Positions 12,707 through 26,249 are shown, numbered from the stretch's first letter. The stretch: DNA of 64,000 bases from Mobula hypostoma (GCF_963921235.1 NC_086097.1:65536001-65600000); one strand, 5' to 3'. A program made the numbers and translations. The notes: generated from the sequence alone by a model not told the origin.

Positions 12707-14143
12707 ATTAGATTAAATTAGATTCAACTTTATTGTCATTGTGCCGAGTACAGATACAAAGCCAGTGAAATCCAGTTAGCATCTAACCAGAAATGCAAAG
12801 AATAGTGTTATTTACAAAATAACTGCAAATAAAATGTAAGTGCTACAGCACACAAATATAAAAGTACTGAGACAGTACAATATGGGTGCAATACTGCTTA
12901 GCGCTGTGATGTAAGGTTCAGCAGGGTCACAGCCTCAGGAAAGAAGCTTTTCCTGAGCCTGCCAGTGCAGGAGCGGAGGCTGCTGTTGTGCCTACCGGAT
13001 GGGAGGAGAATAAAAAGTCCATGGTTAGGGTGAGATGCATCCTTGATAATGCTTTTCGCCCTGCCCAGGCAGCACTTATGGTAGATGTTCTCAATGGTAG
13101 GCAATTGGGTGCCAATAATCCGCTGGGCAGTTTTCACCACACACTGCAGTCCGATATGGGACAATTGCCATACCATATTGAGATGCAGTTGGTGAGTATG
13201 CTCTCAGTGCTACAGCAGTAAAAGCCCATCAGTATCCTGGGACAGAGGTGACCTTTCTTGATGCTCTGCAGGAAATAAAGGTGTTGTTGCACCTTTTTGA
13301 TCAGGATGGAGTTCAGGGACCAGGTGAGATCCTTGGAAATGTGGACACCAAGGAATTTGAAGCTTGATACACACTCCACTACAGCTCCGTTGATGTAGAT
13401 GGGGACGCGAGTGTGGCTCCCAGCATGTCTGAAGTCCACAATGATCTCCTTAGTCTTCTGGGTGTTAAGGGCCAGGTCGTCGTTGGCACACCACGTGGCC
13501 AGGTGCTGAACCTCGTCCTTGTAGGTTGGCTCGTCATCCCCTCTGATCAGGTCAACCATCGTGGTGTCATCTGCGAGCTTGATTATGGAGTTGGAACCAC
13601 ATACAGGATCGCAGTCACAGGTGAAAAGAGAGTACAGAAGAGGGCTCAGCACACAGCCTTGAGGCACGCCAGTGTTCTGGGTGAGATGGAGGAGGAGAGG
13701 TTGTCTAACTTAACTGATTGGATTCTGTTAGTCAGAAAGGCCAAGGTCCAATTGCAGAGGGATGAGCTGATAGCAAGCTGGTGAAATTTTGCAATCAGCT
13801 TGGAGGGGATCACAGTATAGAATGCCGAACTAAAGTCAATGAACAGCATTCTGACATAAGAGTTGGGGCTGTCCAGGTGGATCAGGGCAGAGTGAAGTGC
13901 CGTAGACATGGCATTCTCTGTTGACCTAATAGTGCGAAAGGCAAATTGATGGGGGTCCAGGGTAGTGGGCAGACAGGATTTCAGATGTGATAGAACCAGT
14001 CTCTCGAAGCACTTTGCAATGATGGGGGTGAGTGAAACTGGGCGAAATTCATTCAGGCCCATGGCAGTGGAATGCTTTGGCATTGGCACAATGGTGGCCA
14101 TCTTGAAGCTTGTGGGGACAACTGCCTGGGCCAGGGACAGGTT
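12707..14143 (-). mobile_element. Rex1/Babar-like LINE, 5'-truncated
   Basis: ORFs 13646-14428, 13134-13667 and 12898-13176 show [34 protein letters not shown] and LADDTT. Confidence 0.9.
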
Positions 14144-15280
14144 GAAACCCTTCCTGTTGCTGATCCTCCACTGTAACCCTTCTATGACCAAGGCTTTGAA
14201 ACTAACTGGGAGCTGGTGCATCACGAATACTTCCTTCCAAAACATGACTCTGCAAAGCTCAGGCCCAATTGAGCTTTTGGACACTGTTGTAATTGGTTGG
14301 GTTGGTGAGATAGTAAAGATGAGGTGGCGGGGGGGGGGGGGGAGAGAGAGGAGAGAGAAAATCAGAACCTGTAAATTTGGAATGCCTTGAGTGGCCAGTA
14401 ATTGACATGTACAATGGTGGGAGGACAATCAGGAATCTGACTAATATGTAACTTGGTGGTTTGGGAAGACAGAACTGTGGAGTCAGTTGTAGGAATGATG
14501 CATAACCTCAAAAGCTATTACCTGGCATGCTTCATAGAATGCCAATAGTGGACACTCATGGAAGAGTGTCTACTGTCTTTTGCAGTGTTCCAAAATGTGT
14601 GGAGCCCACAGGTACATGCACAAAGTCATGGCAAGGACACACAAGAGCTCGTGGTTCGCACTCCTTATCTTGAAACTACTTTGAATGTACAAATTAAATA
14701 GTTAAAAAGCCAACACTAATTAGCTCAATTTTTCTAATTCTTTGCTACCCCCAACACATGAGATTACAGCTCAGATGATACTGAAATATTTGGTCAGGTC
14801 ACTTAACAGCTAGTTCCTTCGTTAGTGGTTGTAATCACTCATTTATTTTTCACCAAAATAGCTAGAAAGAAAACAGCTCCCTCTCTTGGTGAGGGATGAC
14901 CCAATTTATATTTGACTCAAAATGCAGTACCATGTATTAGAAAGGTATTATTAAATGCAAAATCTTAATTCCAATATAAAAATCTGACCCAATTAGCAGA
15001 AACTATCAGTCATGCCAAGATCTTTCAAAGGATTATCTTATTGCTTTTATCATTAATTATTTGTATTAAAGTTCAAATACCTCTGGTAATTCAATAGCTA
15101 AAAATATTTTAGATTGAAAATATCACAGCTGTCCAGCGTTAATTTCAGGACATCAATAGCTCTGGATGGAACAATAAGCGAATATTAATTCATGGAATTT
15201 TCTTCTTCGAACTGCAGTTTCTTGGTAATTAAAATTTAATTTGGTGTGTGTTAGAAACAATTGGTCAATTTTGTTTTACT

Positions 15281-15665
15281 TCAAAGTAAAATTTTATTGA
15301 AGTCCATATACGTCCCCATATACAACCCTAAGTTTATTTTCTTGCAGGCATACTCAATAAATCCATAATAGAATAACAACAATAGAATCAAAGAAAGACC
15401 ACACCAACTTGGGATTAAACCACTGTGCAAAAGACAACAAACTGCAAATCCAAAAAGGAGGAAATAGTAATAAATAAATATCAAGTCCATGAGATGAAAA
15501 ATCCCCAAAAGTGAGTCCATTGGTTATGCAAACACTTCAATGATGGGAGCAAGTGAAATTGAGTAAAGTTACCCCTTTGATTCAAGAGCCTGATGGTTGA
15601 GGGTTAATAACTGTTCCTGATCCTGATGGTGCGAGTACTGAGGCTTTTGCACCTTCTTCCTGATG
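15281..15665 (-). mobile_element. Rex1-like LINE 3' end fragment
   Basis: The minus strand reads PSGRRCKSLSTRTIRIRNSY. The 3' UTR resembles ~61900-62100. Confidence 0.7.
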
Positions 15666-15666
15666 G

Positions 15667-16205
15667 CAGACATCCCACCTCTCCTAGAAGTTCCGGGAGT
15701 CTCCTGCATATGAATAGTGGCTCCCTGATGCCCGCAAATTATATACAATATCACGGAAATCAATTTTTTTTTGAGAGTGAGAGAAAGCAAGAGAGCGCAA
15801 GCGCGAGAGAGCAAGCGAGTGAGAGCGGGCGAGCGCACGGGAGAGAAAGCAAGCGAGAGAGAGCGCAAGAGAGAAAGCAAGCGAGAGAGAGCGCGAGAGA
15901 GAGCAACAGAGAAAGCGAGAGTGCAAGTGAGAAAGCGAGAGCGCGCGAGAGACCACGAGAGAGAGAGAGAGCGCGAGCGAGAGCGCGCCATGGCAGAGTG
16001 TTCCAAAAAAAATATAAAACGTACATCACCCAAGACTACACTAACATATACCCCTGCCTAATAGGGGTCAAAATAATGACAGTGTTGCTCGCTGCACTGC
16101 TTGCAACAGTGACTTTTCTATTACCAATGATGGGTTAAGACTGCAAAAGACGTGTTGAGGTGAGTTTAACAGGTGTCATTCGTTCATTAGCATAGCTAAC
16201 GTTAC
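15667..16205. mobile_element. Unclassified non-autonomous element with internal (GA/GC)n microsatellite, probably a DNA transposon
   Basis: The first ~410 bp recur inverted at 62650-62935 with a shorter microsatellite. Starts CAGACATCCCAC and contains the hairpin CCCCT-GCCTAAT-AGGGG. Confidence 0.65.
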
Positions 16206-16403
16206 TTAGAATGTGCAAAATCCACAGAACTAGCACCAGAAGTCAGGATTGAACCCAGATCAGAAGAGCTGTGAGAGTGCAGCTCTGCAATATGTGCTAT
16301 CATGCAACGAAATGCAAACAAAGGCTTAAATTTAACCGTTTAATTCACGTTACTAGAGACAAACCATGAAAACAGCAAATTGAGGATTAATCTACCACTT
16401 TAC

Positions 16404-16434
16404 CTGCTTTTTCTTCATCTATGTCATTTGAGGC
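16404..16434 (-). CDS. Candidate 31 nt exon (ASNDIDEEKA) of an unidentified gene
   Basis: aagtttttgtag|GCCTCA...AAAGCAG|gtaaag in non-repetitive DNA; phase 0 to 1. Confidence 0.35.
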
Positions 16435-16796
16435 CTACAAAAACTTTGGTTAACATTCTAATGATTCCAATATTTGACAACGGAGGTTTCAAACACCTAA
16501 AAGTACCAGTTTTATAAACTTCAGCTGTTGAACATTGATTGTAAAATTCTGTACCTAATTTGATAAATAGGGGATATGTTATTAAAAATAGCTTCAAGAT
16601 GTACCATTAGGACTTTTGACAGCAAGTTAAAAATATTAGGAAAAAACATCAAACTTCAATTTAAAGGAATAACGTCAATTTGCCCAGCGGACAATTACCT
16701 TACAAAATCATTGCTCACATCTTTTTTAAAATCATACAGAACTTAAGTTGCAACTATCTGTTAACAATACAGTGGCTTCACTTTCGGAAAGGCCAG

Positions 16797-17325
16797 GTCG
16801 AATCAGAATCAAGTTTATAAGTACTGTACAAGCTGAATTACCTTTCAACCATACACATGAATACAGCCAGACAAAATAGCGTTTCTCTAGAGCCAAGGTG
16901 CAAAACAGTCACAAATAGCACATATAATTTTGATAGCAGAAAACAAAGTTACAAAAGAAGTTAAATTTAACATAGCCCAAGTCCATAAGTGACATGGCCA
17001 TGTAGATTAATGGTGCAAGAACCACGTTTCTGAAATAAACCCACAGCAGTCATCACTGACATGTCATATTTGTTATTTTGTAACAACTGTACAGCGCAAG
17101 GCTAAAGTTACTATAAATAACAAGTAAATAGTGCAACAGACGAATTATGAGGTTGCATTCATGGACCATTCAGAACTCCATTGGGAAGGGAAGAAATGTT
17201 CCTGAAACACTGAGTGTGGATCTTCAGACTTCTGATCATGGTAACAAGAAAAGTCATGTCGCAAATGGTGAGGGTCATTTATGATGGATGCCACCTTCTT
17301 AAGGTGCTACAGCCTTGAAGATGTT
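16797..17325 (-). mobile_element. Old Rex1-like LINE 3' fragments
   Basis: gaatcagaatc tail and 'tcagacttctg...atggatgccaccttctt' RT C-terminus remnant. Confidence 0.55.
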
Positions 17326-17345
17326 TAAAAAAAAGAGAAACAGCA

Positions 17346-17500
17346 TAAAACGCTGGAGGAACTCAACAGGTCGGGCAGCATCCGTGGAAAGGAACAGTTA
17401 ATGTTTCAGGACGAGACCCTGATGCTGCCCGACCTGCTGAGTTCCTCCAGCGTTTTGTGCGTGTTGCTTTGACCCCAGCATCTGCAGAATATTTTGTGTT
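17346..17500. mobile_element. Palindromic PLE pLTR mini-insertion
   Basis: Inverted arms 'aaaacgctggaggaactcaacaggtcgggcagcatc' and 'gatgctgcccgacctgctgagttcctccagcgtttt'. Approximate TSD AGA(G/A)AAACAGCA. Confidence 0.75.
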
Positions 17501-17759
17501 AGAAAAACAGCACAGTTGCCTTCATCTTACAACCCATTAAGTGATTTTGCTTTGTCCACTTTATTTTGTCTTTATTTTTCCTTGCATGCCTTTGATTTCA
17601 ATGTTAACTTGCGATTTTCTTTTTTTCAAAATTAACATCCATTATTGCTTTGTGATTGGTCCCAGAAAGGTTACGAACAAGATGCAAGCTTACTTTGACC
17701 AGGAAGTAGTTCTGAATGGGGAATGAAAATTGAACTTGATTAATGTCAACTATGTTTCA

Positions 17760-18040
17760 GTGGCAGTCTGAGTTAGAAGATTGTGGATCCTTTTCTGGAG
17801 GCTTGAACACAAATCTCCTGCTGATCTCCAGAGCTCAGGATACTGTACTGTTTATGCACCATCTTTCAGTTAAGACTTAGAGCCGAGGTTCCATCAGTAT
17901 TCCAAGGTGATTGTTAACTTTTCTGCTTATGGGGATATAATACAAATACAGCTCCATTATTCATAGTACAGAAGTGGCTGTGTTCAAAAGTAGTTAATTA
18001 GCTGAAAAGCATTTCAGATTGAGGTCTTAGAAGGTGACTC
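17760..18040 (+). mobile_element. Ancient Deu-domain SINE remnant (SacSINE1/AmnSINE-like)
   Basis: 'gcaccatctttcagttaagacttagagccgagg' resembles the Deu core as I recall it. A similar remnant lies at ~27790-28030. Confidence 0.45.
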
Positions 18041-19162
18041 ATTAAAATCTATACATTTTCTTAAGTTAATACAATGTTTTTTCCTCCATTGTACTTCCCT
18101 TTTTGTACCCAATTTGAATTTAATTCACCTACTTTCCCTTCTCTTAATTCTCAATGGTTAGGTTGTTGCATTGTTGCTCCCATTCTTCACTCAAATCACA
18201 AATTCATTGTATTTGCTGCACATTATCAGCTCACATTTTCAATCAGTTTTGGAAGAATTTCCAGCTGCAAGGTAAAAAAAAACCCAGTCCATTTACAAGT
18301 TTTCCACTCTGGCCACACTACCAATTACATTGGGATTGTAGCTGATTACATTTTTCACACTTTATTAAAACAGGCTGAAAGTGCACATGCAATTTGACAC
18401 AGGTTTCTATTTCCCTCTTCCCAGTAGCCTGAAGATGCTTCAATGCCCAATATTCTGACGATATTTATCTTTGCTGCCGACAAGCAATTATTCCATTCAA
18501 GTTTAAAAAATAATTATTTTAGATGTACAGACTCATTTTAAGTATAGAAATCAACTGCTATTTTGCCAGCAAGGTGTTAACAGTGCTGTGCATCAATAAT
18601 GCACAGATAGAAAATTCAGGAATTACAAGACAAATTGCACGTTGGAAAACTTGGTCAATTAACACTCTGGAACTTGCTTTATTAACTAATGTCAACGTAG
18701 CATTTAAAAAAACCTTGATTCGGGTAGTAAGTTTTCAATTAAATTCATCATTGGAATTAAGGTAATACTTTTTAATGATGTATAAAAACATATAAATTCT
18801 TCAGTACCATTCAAACATGTAGCATGTAGTTAGCCTGCACCATAAAACTTCTTTTGCAATGTCTTGATGTTAAATGGATTTGTCCTAGAGCAACCCTACT
18901 CTGATGTGTTACTTCAGCCACAAGTCAAAGAGACAAAATTACTATAGAATACAGTTAACTATGCATAAAAAAATAGTTTTCACGAGCCATTCAGAAATCT
19001 TATCATCTGCCTAACAACATTAACCTCCCATATACTCAACAAGTGGGAGACTGAGAACCTATTGCCATTTCTGAGTCCAATGTCACTAGTATTTCTCGAT
19101 GTTATCTAGAATCAAAACTTTGGCTTAAGACCAGTTTCTGTGAAAACTTCCATGATATTCTA

Positions 19163-19370
19163 GTCACAAACAAGAGAAAATCTGCAGATTCTGGGAATCC
19201 AAGAAACACACACAAAATGCTGGAGGAACTCGGTAGACCAGGCAGCATCTATGGAAAAGGATAAACATTCCGATATTGCTGGCCGGGACCCTTCATCAAG
19301 ACTGGAGAAAAAAAGATTAGAAGTCAGTAAGATGGGGGCAAGGGAGGAAGAAATACAAAGTAGTAGGTGC
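19163..19370 (-). mobile_element. PLE pLTR fragment
   Basis: 'aacaagagaaaatctgcagattctgggaatccaag...cccttcatcaagact', with a degenerate hammerhead. Confidence 0.75.
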
Positions 19371-19371
19371 T

Positions 19372-19842
19372 AGAGATAGATAGATACTTTATTGATCCCA
19401 AAGGAAATTAGTGTCACCGTAGCAATACAAGTACACAGATAAACAAATGTTAGAAAGAATAAAAAAATAAGTTACCTCAAACAGTCTAGCAGGAAAGGAT
19501 CATCACTTCAACTACAGGTTGACTCATTATAGAGCCTAATGGCCAAGGGAAAGAATGACCTCATATTGCATTTTTTGGAGAGGCACAGTTGCCTTAGTTT
19601 ATTATGAAAAGTGCTCCTCTTTTCAGCCAAGGTGGCATGCAGAGAGTGAGAAACATTGTCCAGAATTACCAGGATTTTCCATAGGGTCCTTTGTTCTACC
19701 ACAGGCTCCAGTGTGTCCAGTTCAATTCCTATAACAGAACCAGCCTTTCTAATCAGTTTATTGAGCCTGTTGGCATCACCTGTGTTGATGCCATTGCCCT
19801 AGCACACCATCTCACAGAGAGTTGTATTGGTGACAACAGACC
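19372..19842 (-). mobile_element. Rex/RTE-type LINE 3' fragment
   Basis: (GATA)n tail. ORF 19508-19702 reads 'ILDNVSHSLH...RSFFPLAIRLYN'. Confidence 0.7.
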
Positions 19843-20072
19843 GGGACAGCAATGTGACTTTTGAGTTAAAAGACCAAGATCCTTTGTTTGTTTAGGAAGA
19901 TGACAAAGGGAGAACACGTGATGAAATATGAGTTACTGTAAAGTTAATTCCATCTGTTTCAGTTACGGTAATTTGGAAAACATTTTCCATAAACAATGGA
20001 TTTTGTTTAAGGATCCCAAAACCTGGGATGTTTGCTTCCAGAGGTACAAACCATACATCATGATTTACGCAA

Positions 20073-20187
20073 ACAACAGGAATTCTGCAGATGCTGGAAA
20101 TTCAAGCAACACACATCAAAGTTGCTGGTGAACGCAGCAGGCCAGGCAGCATCTCTAGGAAGAAGTGCAGTCGACATTTCAGGCCGT
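20073..20187 (-). mobile_element. 115 bp PLE 3'-end insertion
   Basis: Perfect 15 bp TSD TCATGATTTACGCAA (20058-20072 / 20188-20202). The insertion is truncated inside the hammerhead. Confidence 0.88.
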
Positions 20188-20559
20188 TCATGATTTACGC
20201 AAGTTTTACCAAATTGTAGGTTGCGATGCCTGCTGAGGCTAAATTTGGCTCTCAATTTTTCCTTAAATTTTTGACCCATTGCTGGACTAGTACCTCTACC
20301 ACCACGTGCTTGATTGATGCTGCCACTTTGCCTCAAATGTGAATGACATAGGCAGACAATGCTTTATGAAAAGATCCTGCTTTTGTTTTGCTAGGATGGG
20401 AGGAGTTCTCTGAAAGAACTGGAGGAATACTGCGCATCTACTCAGAAGCAACCTTGATATGCCAAGATCATTTGGTACCAATAAGTTAGATCTTAACACT
20501 TTGAAGGTTTTACAGTAGGAGAGAAATGGAGGTGAAGTACCACTATGGGGATTCTGTTC

Positions 20560-23460
20560 AAGGGCACTGGTGTTTCCATATCAGACTACAATACAACCAG
20601 TTAATATATGTTTCACCACAGATCAATAAAATTTGTCGAAGTTTTAGATGACATGCCACATTTTTGCAAACTTCTAAGGATGTAGAGGAGCTGCTGTGCT
20701 TTCTTCACAATTGCATTTAATTGCTGGTCCCAGGGTAGGTCCTCAGAAGTGGTAACACTGAGGAATTTAAGGTTGCTGACCCTCCCCACCTCTGATTCCC
20801 TGATGAGGACTGGCTTACAGACCTCCAGTTTCCTCCTCCTGAAGTCAATCATCACCTCCCTGGTCTTGCTGACATTGAGTAAGGGGTTGTGATTGTGTTA
20901 GCTCTCAGCCAGATTTTCATTCTTTGATTCGACCAACAACAGTGGTGTCATCAGTAAACTTAAATATGGCATTGGAGCTGTCCTTAACCACACAGCCCCA
21001 TGTTTAAAGCGAGTAGAGCAGGGGAGTAAGCACAAAGGCTTGTGGTGTACCTGTGCTAATGGAGATTCTGGTAGAGCTGTTGTTACAAATCTGAACTGAC
21101 TAGGGTCCGCAAACAAGGAAATGAAAGATTCAATTGCACATGGAGGTATTGAGGACTTTAAGCTTATTGATTAGTTTTGAGGGGGTGATAGTATAGAATG
21201 CCGATCTGTTGTCAATAAAGAGCATCCTGATGTATATACCTTTGCTGTTTACTTGTCCTAGGGTTAAGTGCAGAGCCAATGAAATGGAATCTGCTATGGA
21301 CCTGTTGTGCTGGCAGGCTACTTGGAGTGGATCCAAGTTGCTCCTCAGGTAGGAGTTGTTGTTTCATTAAACTTTCAAAACACTTCATCACTGTGCACGT
21401 GAGTGTTACTGGATGATAGTCATTGAGGCAGGCTATGCCCTTCTTACGCACTGATAAAAATGAAGTCTGCATGAAGCAGGTGGGTACCTCAGACTGCCAA
21501 AGTGAAAGATCAAAGATCTCAGAGAACACTGCAGCCAGCACAGATCTTTAGTACTTAGCCAGATACTTTCTGTAGGTTCACCCTCCTGAGAGATGGAGAT
21601 CACAGTCATCAGGGGCTGTGGGAGTTTGTGCTGGTTTCTCCATGTTTTAACAGCCAAACAGAAGGCACTGAGTCCTGTTGTCACCTATGTCACTTGATTT
21701 CACTTTGTAAGAGGTAATAGCACTCAAGCCCTGCCACAGCTGTTGAGCATCCTTCATTGATTTAAGTTTAGAAATGAATTGCCACTTCATCCGTGAGATG
21801 GCTTTCTGGAGATTGTACCAGAACCTCTTGTAAATTTCTTGGTTGCCTCTGACCTGGCCCTCAGCAAACTGCAGATCTCATGGCTCATCAGGGCTGCTGG
21901 TTGGGGAAAACTGAATAATTTTGTGGGGCACATTCATCTACCACTGCTTTTATAAAGTCCGTAACAATCGTGGTGTATTTATTCAGATCCACAGATGATT
22001 CTTTGAATATGGCCCAGTCCACCGACTCAAAGCAATTCCATTGCCGCTACTCTAACTTGCGCAATCACTTTTTTGTTGTCCTAATCCAGGGGTGCCCAAC
22101 CTTTTTTGCACTGCGGACCGACCGGGGCCGAGGGGGGGGGGGTAGGGTTGCCAACGAACGAGAGTAGCAGTCAAATGCGTTGTTTACCCAAAAGACTACA
22201 ATGACCATGAAGCCTTGCGCATGCGCATCGTGACCTGCCGATTCCCCTCTTCCCCCCCCCCCCAAAGCAAATCCTTTTTGGCGATTCTGTTCGTGGGGGT
22301 GGGTGTTAATCACTACCGGAATATAGGTGAGAAGTGGGTAATATACTCAATTTTGTTTCTAAAAGGGTTTATCTAACGAATTTAATATTAAACACACAGC
22401 GCATATTTTCCTCGCATGGATATAATGATAAGTCAATTATCAGGGGAGCTTGAAGTGTTGAACGAACTTCCAGTAGAAGTGGCAGAAGCAGGTTCGATAT
22501 GATCATTTAAAGAAAAATTGGATCGGTACATGGACAGGAAAGGAATGGAGGGTTATGGGCTGAGTGCAGGTCGGCGGGACTAGAAGGGCCGAGATGGCCT
22601 GTTTCCGTGCTGTAATTGTTATCTGGTTATATAGGTCACTTATAAGTCAATAGCATCATAACATTTTAAGCAATATTTGGATATTAAACACACAGCACAT
22701 ATTTTCCCCGTATGAATATATAAAATCATTGCAACACACCAATATCGCTGAATCAGTGGGAGCCCTGGGCTTGTTTCCCTGCAACAACGCAGCCCTATCG
22801 AGGGGTGATGGGAGACAGCGATACTCGAAGGGGGTTCCTGATGTCCAGTCTATTCCACAGTTTAGTTTTCGTTGCATTCATTGCAGAAAACTCCGCTTCG
22901 CAGAAAAATGTTGGAAATGAAAGCAACGTTTTCAGTGCTTTCGTGGATCTCAGGATATTTAGCCTTGACTTTGATCCAAAATGCCGACAGAGTTGATCGC
23001 CTTCCCACCCTGACACGGATGACGCGCAGGTCACGACCTCGCATGCGTAATGGCTGACCAGTGGCCGTGACAGGGAATGAGGAAAGGTGCAGCTGACCAA
23101 ATCATATCGCTTCCTTGCGGCCCGGTAGCGGTCCGCGGCCCGGTGGTTGGGGACCGCTGTCCTAATCTCTGGAGCTTTGCACTTTAGCCTCTGCCTATAT
23201 GCAAGTAGGACAGTCAAGGGATCGGATTCCTGAAATGCGGGTCTGGTATGGAACAGCAGGCATTCCTCGTCAGTATAATGGTGATTTAGTATTGAGACCT
23301 CTGATGCTTTGGGTTATATACTGATGATAAATGGGCAGGGATTTCTTCAAACAAGCCTGACTGAAATGCCCGACTATGATTTGAAATGTGTCAGAGTGGA
23401 CTGCTTGCTTGGTGACAACATCATGCAGTCTCTCGAGTGCTTAATTATAGTTGGATGCTG
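20560..23460 (-). mobile_element. Old Rex1/Babar-like LINE, split by a hAT insertion
   Basis: Fragments 'CLNDYHPVTLTCTVMKCFE', 'IRMLFIDNRSAF' and 'MMIDFRR'. The sequence appears to continue after 23167. Confidence 0.75.
22087..23159 (-). mobile_element. Young non-autonomous hAT-Charlie element with transposase C-terminal remnant
   Basis: TIRs CAGGGGTGCCCAACC / GGTTGGGGACCGCTG. Perfect 8 bp TSD TCCTAATC (22079-22086 / 23160-23167). Remnant 'FWIKVKAKYPEI..ALKTLLSFPT.FCEAEFSAM..TKTK..NRLD'. CpG-rich. Confidence 0.92.
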
Positions 23461-24344
23461 GTGGACTCTCTTGGTAAATAGAACGGTCAGCATTTGATCG
23501 TTAGGTGTTCAAAGTCAGGAAAACAGGAGTACAACAAAACCACTACACTGCAGCACCACAGAGTTTATCATGAAACACACACCCCCACCTTTGGCCTTTT
23601 TGGATTCCCTCAACATTCAGTATTACTTTTGCTGTGCACCTGCCAAAAGTTGCAATCACCACTCATTAAAAGTTTAACTCAATCGGCACACAAATAGTAA
23701 TAACTGTGGCTAATAACAAACATGTAAGAGACTAAACCCCATTTTGTTCATTCAACTCCAAGGTTTTTCTGTCACAGATGAGAAAAGAATCAAACTGTTA
23801 TCAATATTACAATTTATATCTTCTGATATTATAAAATGCAGTGACAAGAGAAAAGTTGGTTCAGGAATCTCCAATGAAAACTTAGCAATGGGGTCTATGC
23901 AATGCATGTAAAGGCTACAGTGATGTACAGATGATAATGTTGCATCAGTGTAATGGAAAAAGCTATCACCACAAATAATTGAGAAAATTTATCTCAGTTA
24001 AACCTTAGTTTCAATTGCTTACACTTACAGTTTGCATTTCAACCTTAATTATAATTATTAAAAATCCAGAGCAAAAAAAAATTGAATACTTTCTCTATTT
24101 ATATCTCATTTACTGCAAAGCAAATCAGTTTTTCAAGAAGTCATCACCACAACAATCCAGGTTATTCAATTAAAATCCTTTATACAAGTTACTACTCTAC
24201 CATGGGAGGTGAATACACATTCAATTTTTTTCTTGGTGCTTGGCATGCAGCACTGCTCCTTCAATTCTTTAAACACAACCCATAATGAAAAGGCATAATG
24301 ATTATCATTAGTGACAAATGAAGCAGTGAGTGAATTTTTACAAC

Positions 24345-24531
24345 CTGAGAGCAGTGATACATTTTCACAGGAAAGGTCTCACACCATCTTGAAGACAGCT
24401 TGACAGATGTGAGAACAATTGACATTGCATAATACATTTTGAAACCCACAGAAATCTGGTATACACCAGCATTTGGATAGTAAATGGTAGGACCAGTTGG
24501 CATTGGCTTCACTCTGCTTATATTTTTTCCT
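24345..24531 (-). CDS. Candidate 187 nt exon of an unidentified gene
   Basis: gtgtttacttacag|AGGAAAA...CTCTCAG|gttgta (weak donor). Open frame GKNISRVKPMPTGPTIYYPNAGVYQISVGFKMYY...CSQ; phase 2 to 0; unique DNA. Confidence 0.3.
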
Positions 24532-25697
24532 CTGTAAGTAAACACTGGATATTCAGTGACAGTAACAGTAAATACTGTATGTAGTTTAGTAACTCCATTA
24601 ATCTACTTTCAAAACAAAATTTATATTAGTAAAATAAGGTTATTTAAATTGTCTGCTTGATATTTTTCAGCTTAAAGTCAGATACACTAAAAAAACAAAT
24701 ATTCAAATGATGGGAGAAGCAGCAGATTTTTAAAAGTGGTCAATAAAAGATTTAATACAATTAAAAAGGGTGTTAAACATCATGCTTTTTTCATTTGAAA
24801 ACAGTTGTCTGCAGCACTTCCTGCATAAAGCAGTATTGTAAGTTTTATGTACACCATTATATGCTCAAAAATGGTATTATGATTCAAGTGAGCAAGAACT
24901 AACAGAGCTCATTATTTGAGAAATCAGCAAAAAAAAATGCAGTCAAATATTTTGATGACATTTATTTCAGGTAGTTCCACCTTGCATGTTTCCAGGTTTC
25001 AAAGATTATTGCTCAACATGGCAGTCTAATGATGGTGAATATGTTAGTCATGGCTAGAGTGTGCTCCTTTTCTTTTTGACAGTTTTCCAGAAGAAAAAAA
25101 GATTTATTTTGAACATTAATGATTTGCCAGGGAGCAGAAACACAGTAAATGAGATTAATGATTGGAACATCTTTTATTAAAAGATTTGAATAGAAACAAC
25201 AGGAATCATCCATTTTTCTTTTAAAATTACTGTTATGAATTCATTAATCAATAAAAAAAATTCTGCTCAAAATAACCATGGCAAGAGAAATTTTTAAGAC
25301 TATCGGTAATTTGGGCACACACTCTGAAAAAGCTTCACTACCCTGACCAAGGCTCATCCTCTTATCTCTTGCTATATACTGTACTGGAATTACATTTTAA
25401 TTTAATTTTTTTTCTCTCTACAATGTTTAAAGTTAAAAGATTAATGTTTCTTTTTTCTTTGTAAACTTTGTTTTCCCAGGGTTATTATACTTCAAGGCAT
25501 TTGCGATATTTTATTATTGAGAATAATTATCTACATCAATAACCAAGCAATTGTTACCACTTTAAACAATTGTTTTTAAGAAAAAACAGATGAACTTTCT
25601 CCTCTCAAAGCTTATTATATGTATAGCTCTTAGGTGGCCTGTATTTGTACTCATCTCACATAAATGTTTCATTCTGAACAGATCTCTCCATACACTA

Positions 25698-25917
25698 AGA
25701 CAAAAAAATCTGCAGATGCTGGAAATCCAAGCAGCACACACAAAATGCTGGAGGAACTCACCAGGCCAGGCTTTATCTATGGAAAAAAGCAAAGGGTTGA
25801 CACTTTGTGCCAAGACCCTCCTGATGAAGAGTCTCAGCTTGAAACATCAAGTGTTTACTCTTTTCCATAGATGCTGCCTAACCTGCTGAGTTCCTCCAGC
25901 ATTGTGTGTGGGTTGCT
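25698..25917. mobile_element. Palindromic PLE pLTR mini-insertion
   Basis: Inverted arms around a CTGATGA...GAAAC motif at 25821-25848. Confidence 0.75.
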
Positions 25918-26249
25918 GACATGACCCTTCAGATGCAACAAGTTTTGTTCCGATTCATGAAGACAGAGTTTCAAATGATTGATTTGAGATCGGAAGATTA
26001 CAGATTAAACAAAGTTGGTACAGAGAAAATCTTTAAAAAGAAATACACAGTGTAAAAATACCAAGCATCAACATTTCATCAACATTTGCCAGAAAGACAA
26101 GAAAGATAATCAGTTGCTTGTTCAATTAGTGAATATCAGCAGGGGAATTAAACATTAGAAATGAAAAAATAAGAAAAATATTCAGGAATCCACCCAACTG
26201 TTATTTAGAGAGAATTGCAGGAGCAAATATGAGATAAAAGTATACTCAC

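Noticed and set aside
15569..16138. Several overlapping long ORFs rich in RE/RS/SL dipeptides
   Set aside because: Translation of a GA/GC microsatellite inside a repeat; open in many frames.
24996..25034. Possible plus-strand mini-exon (VSKIIAQHGSLMM)
   Set aside because: Isolated, weak donor and no partner exons; expected by chance.
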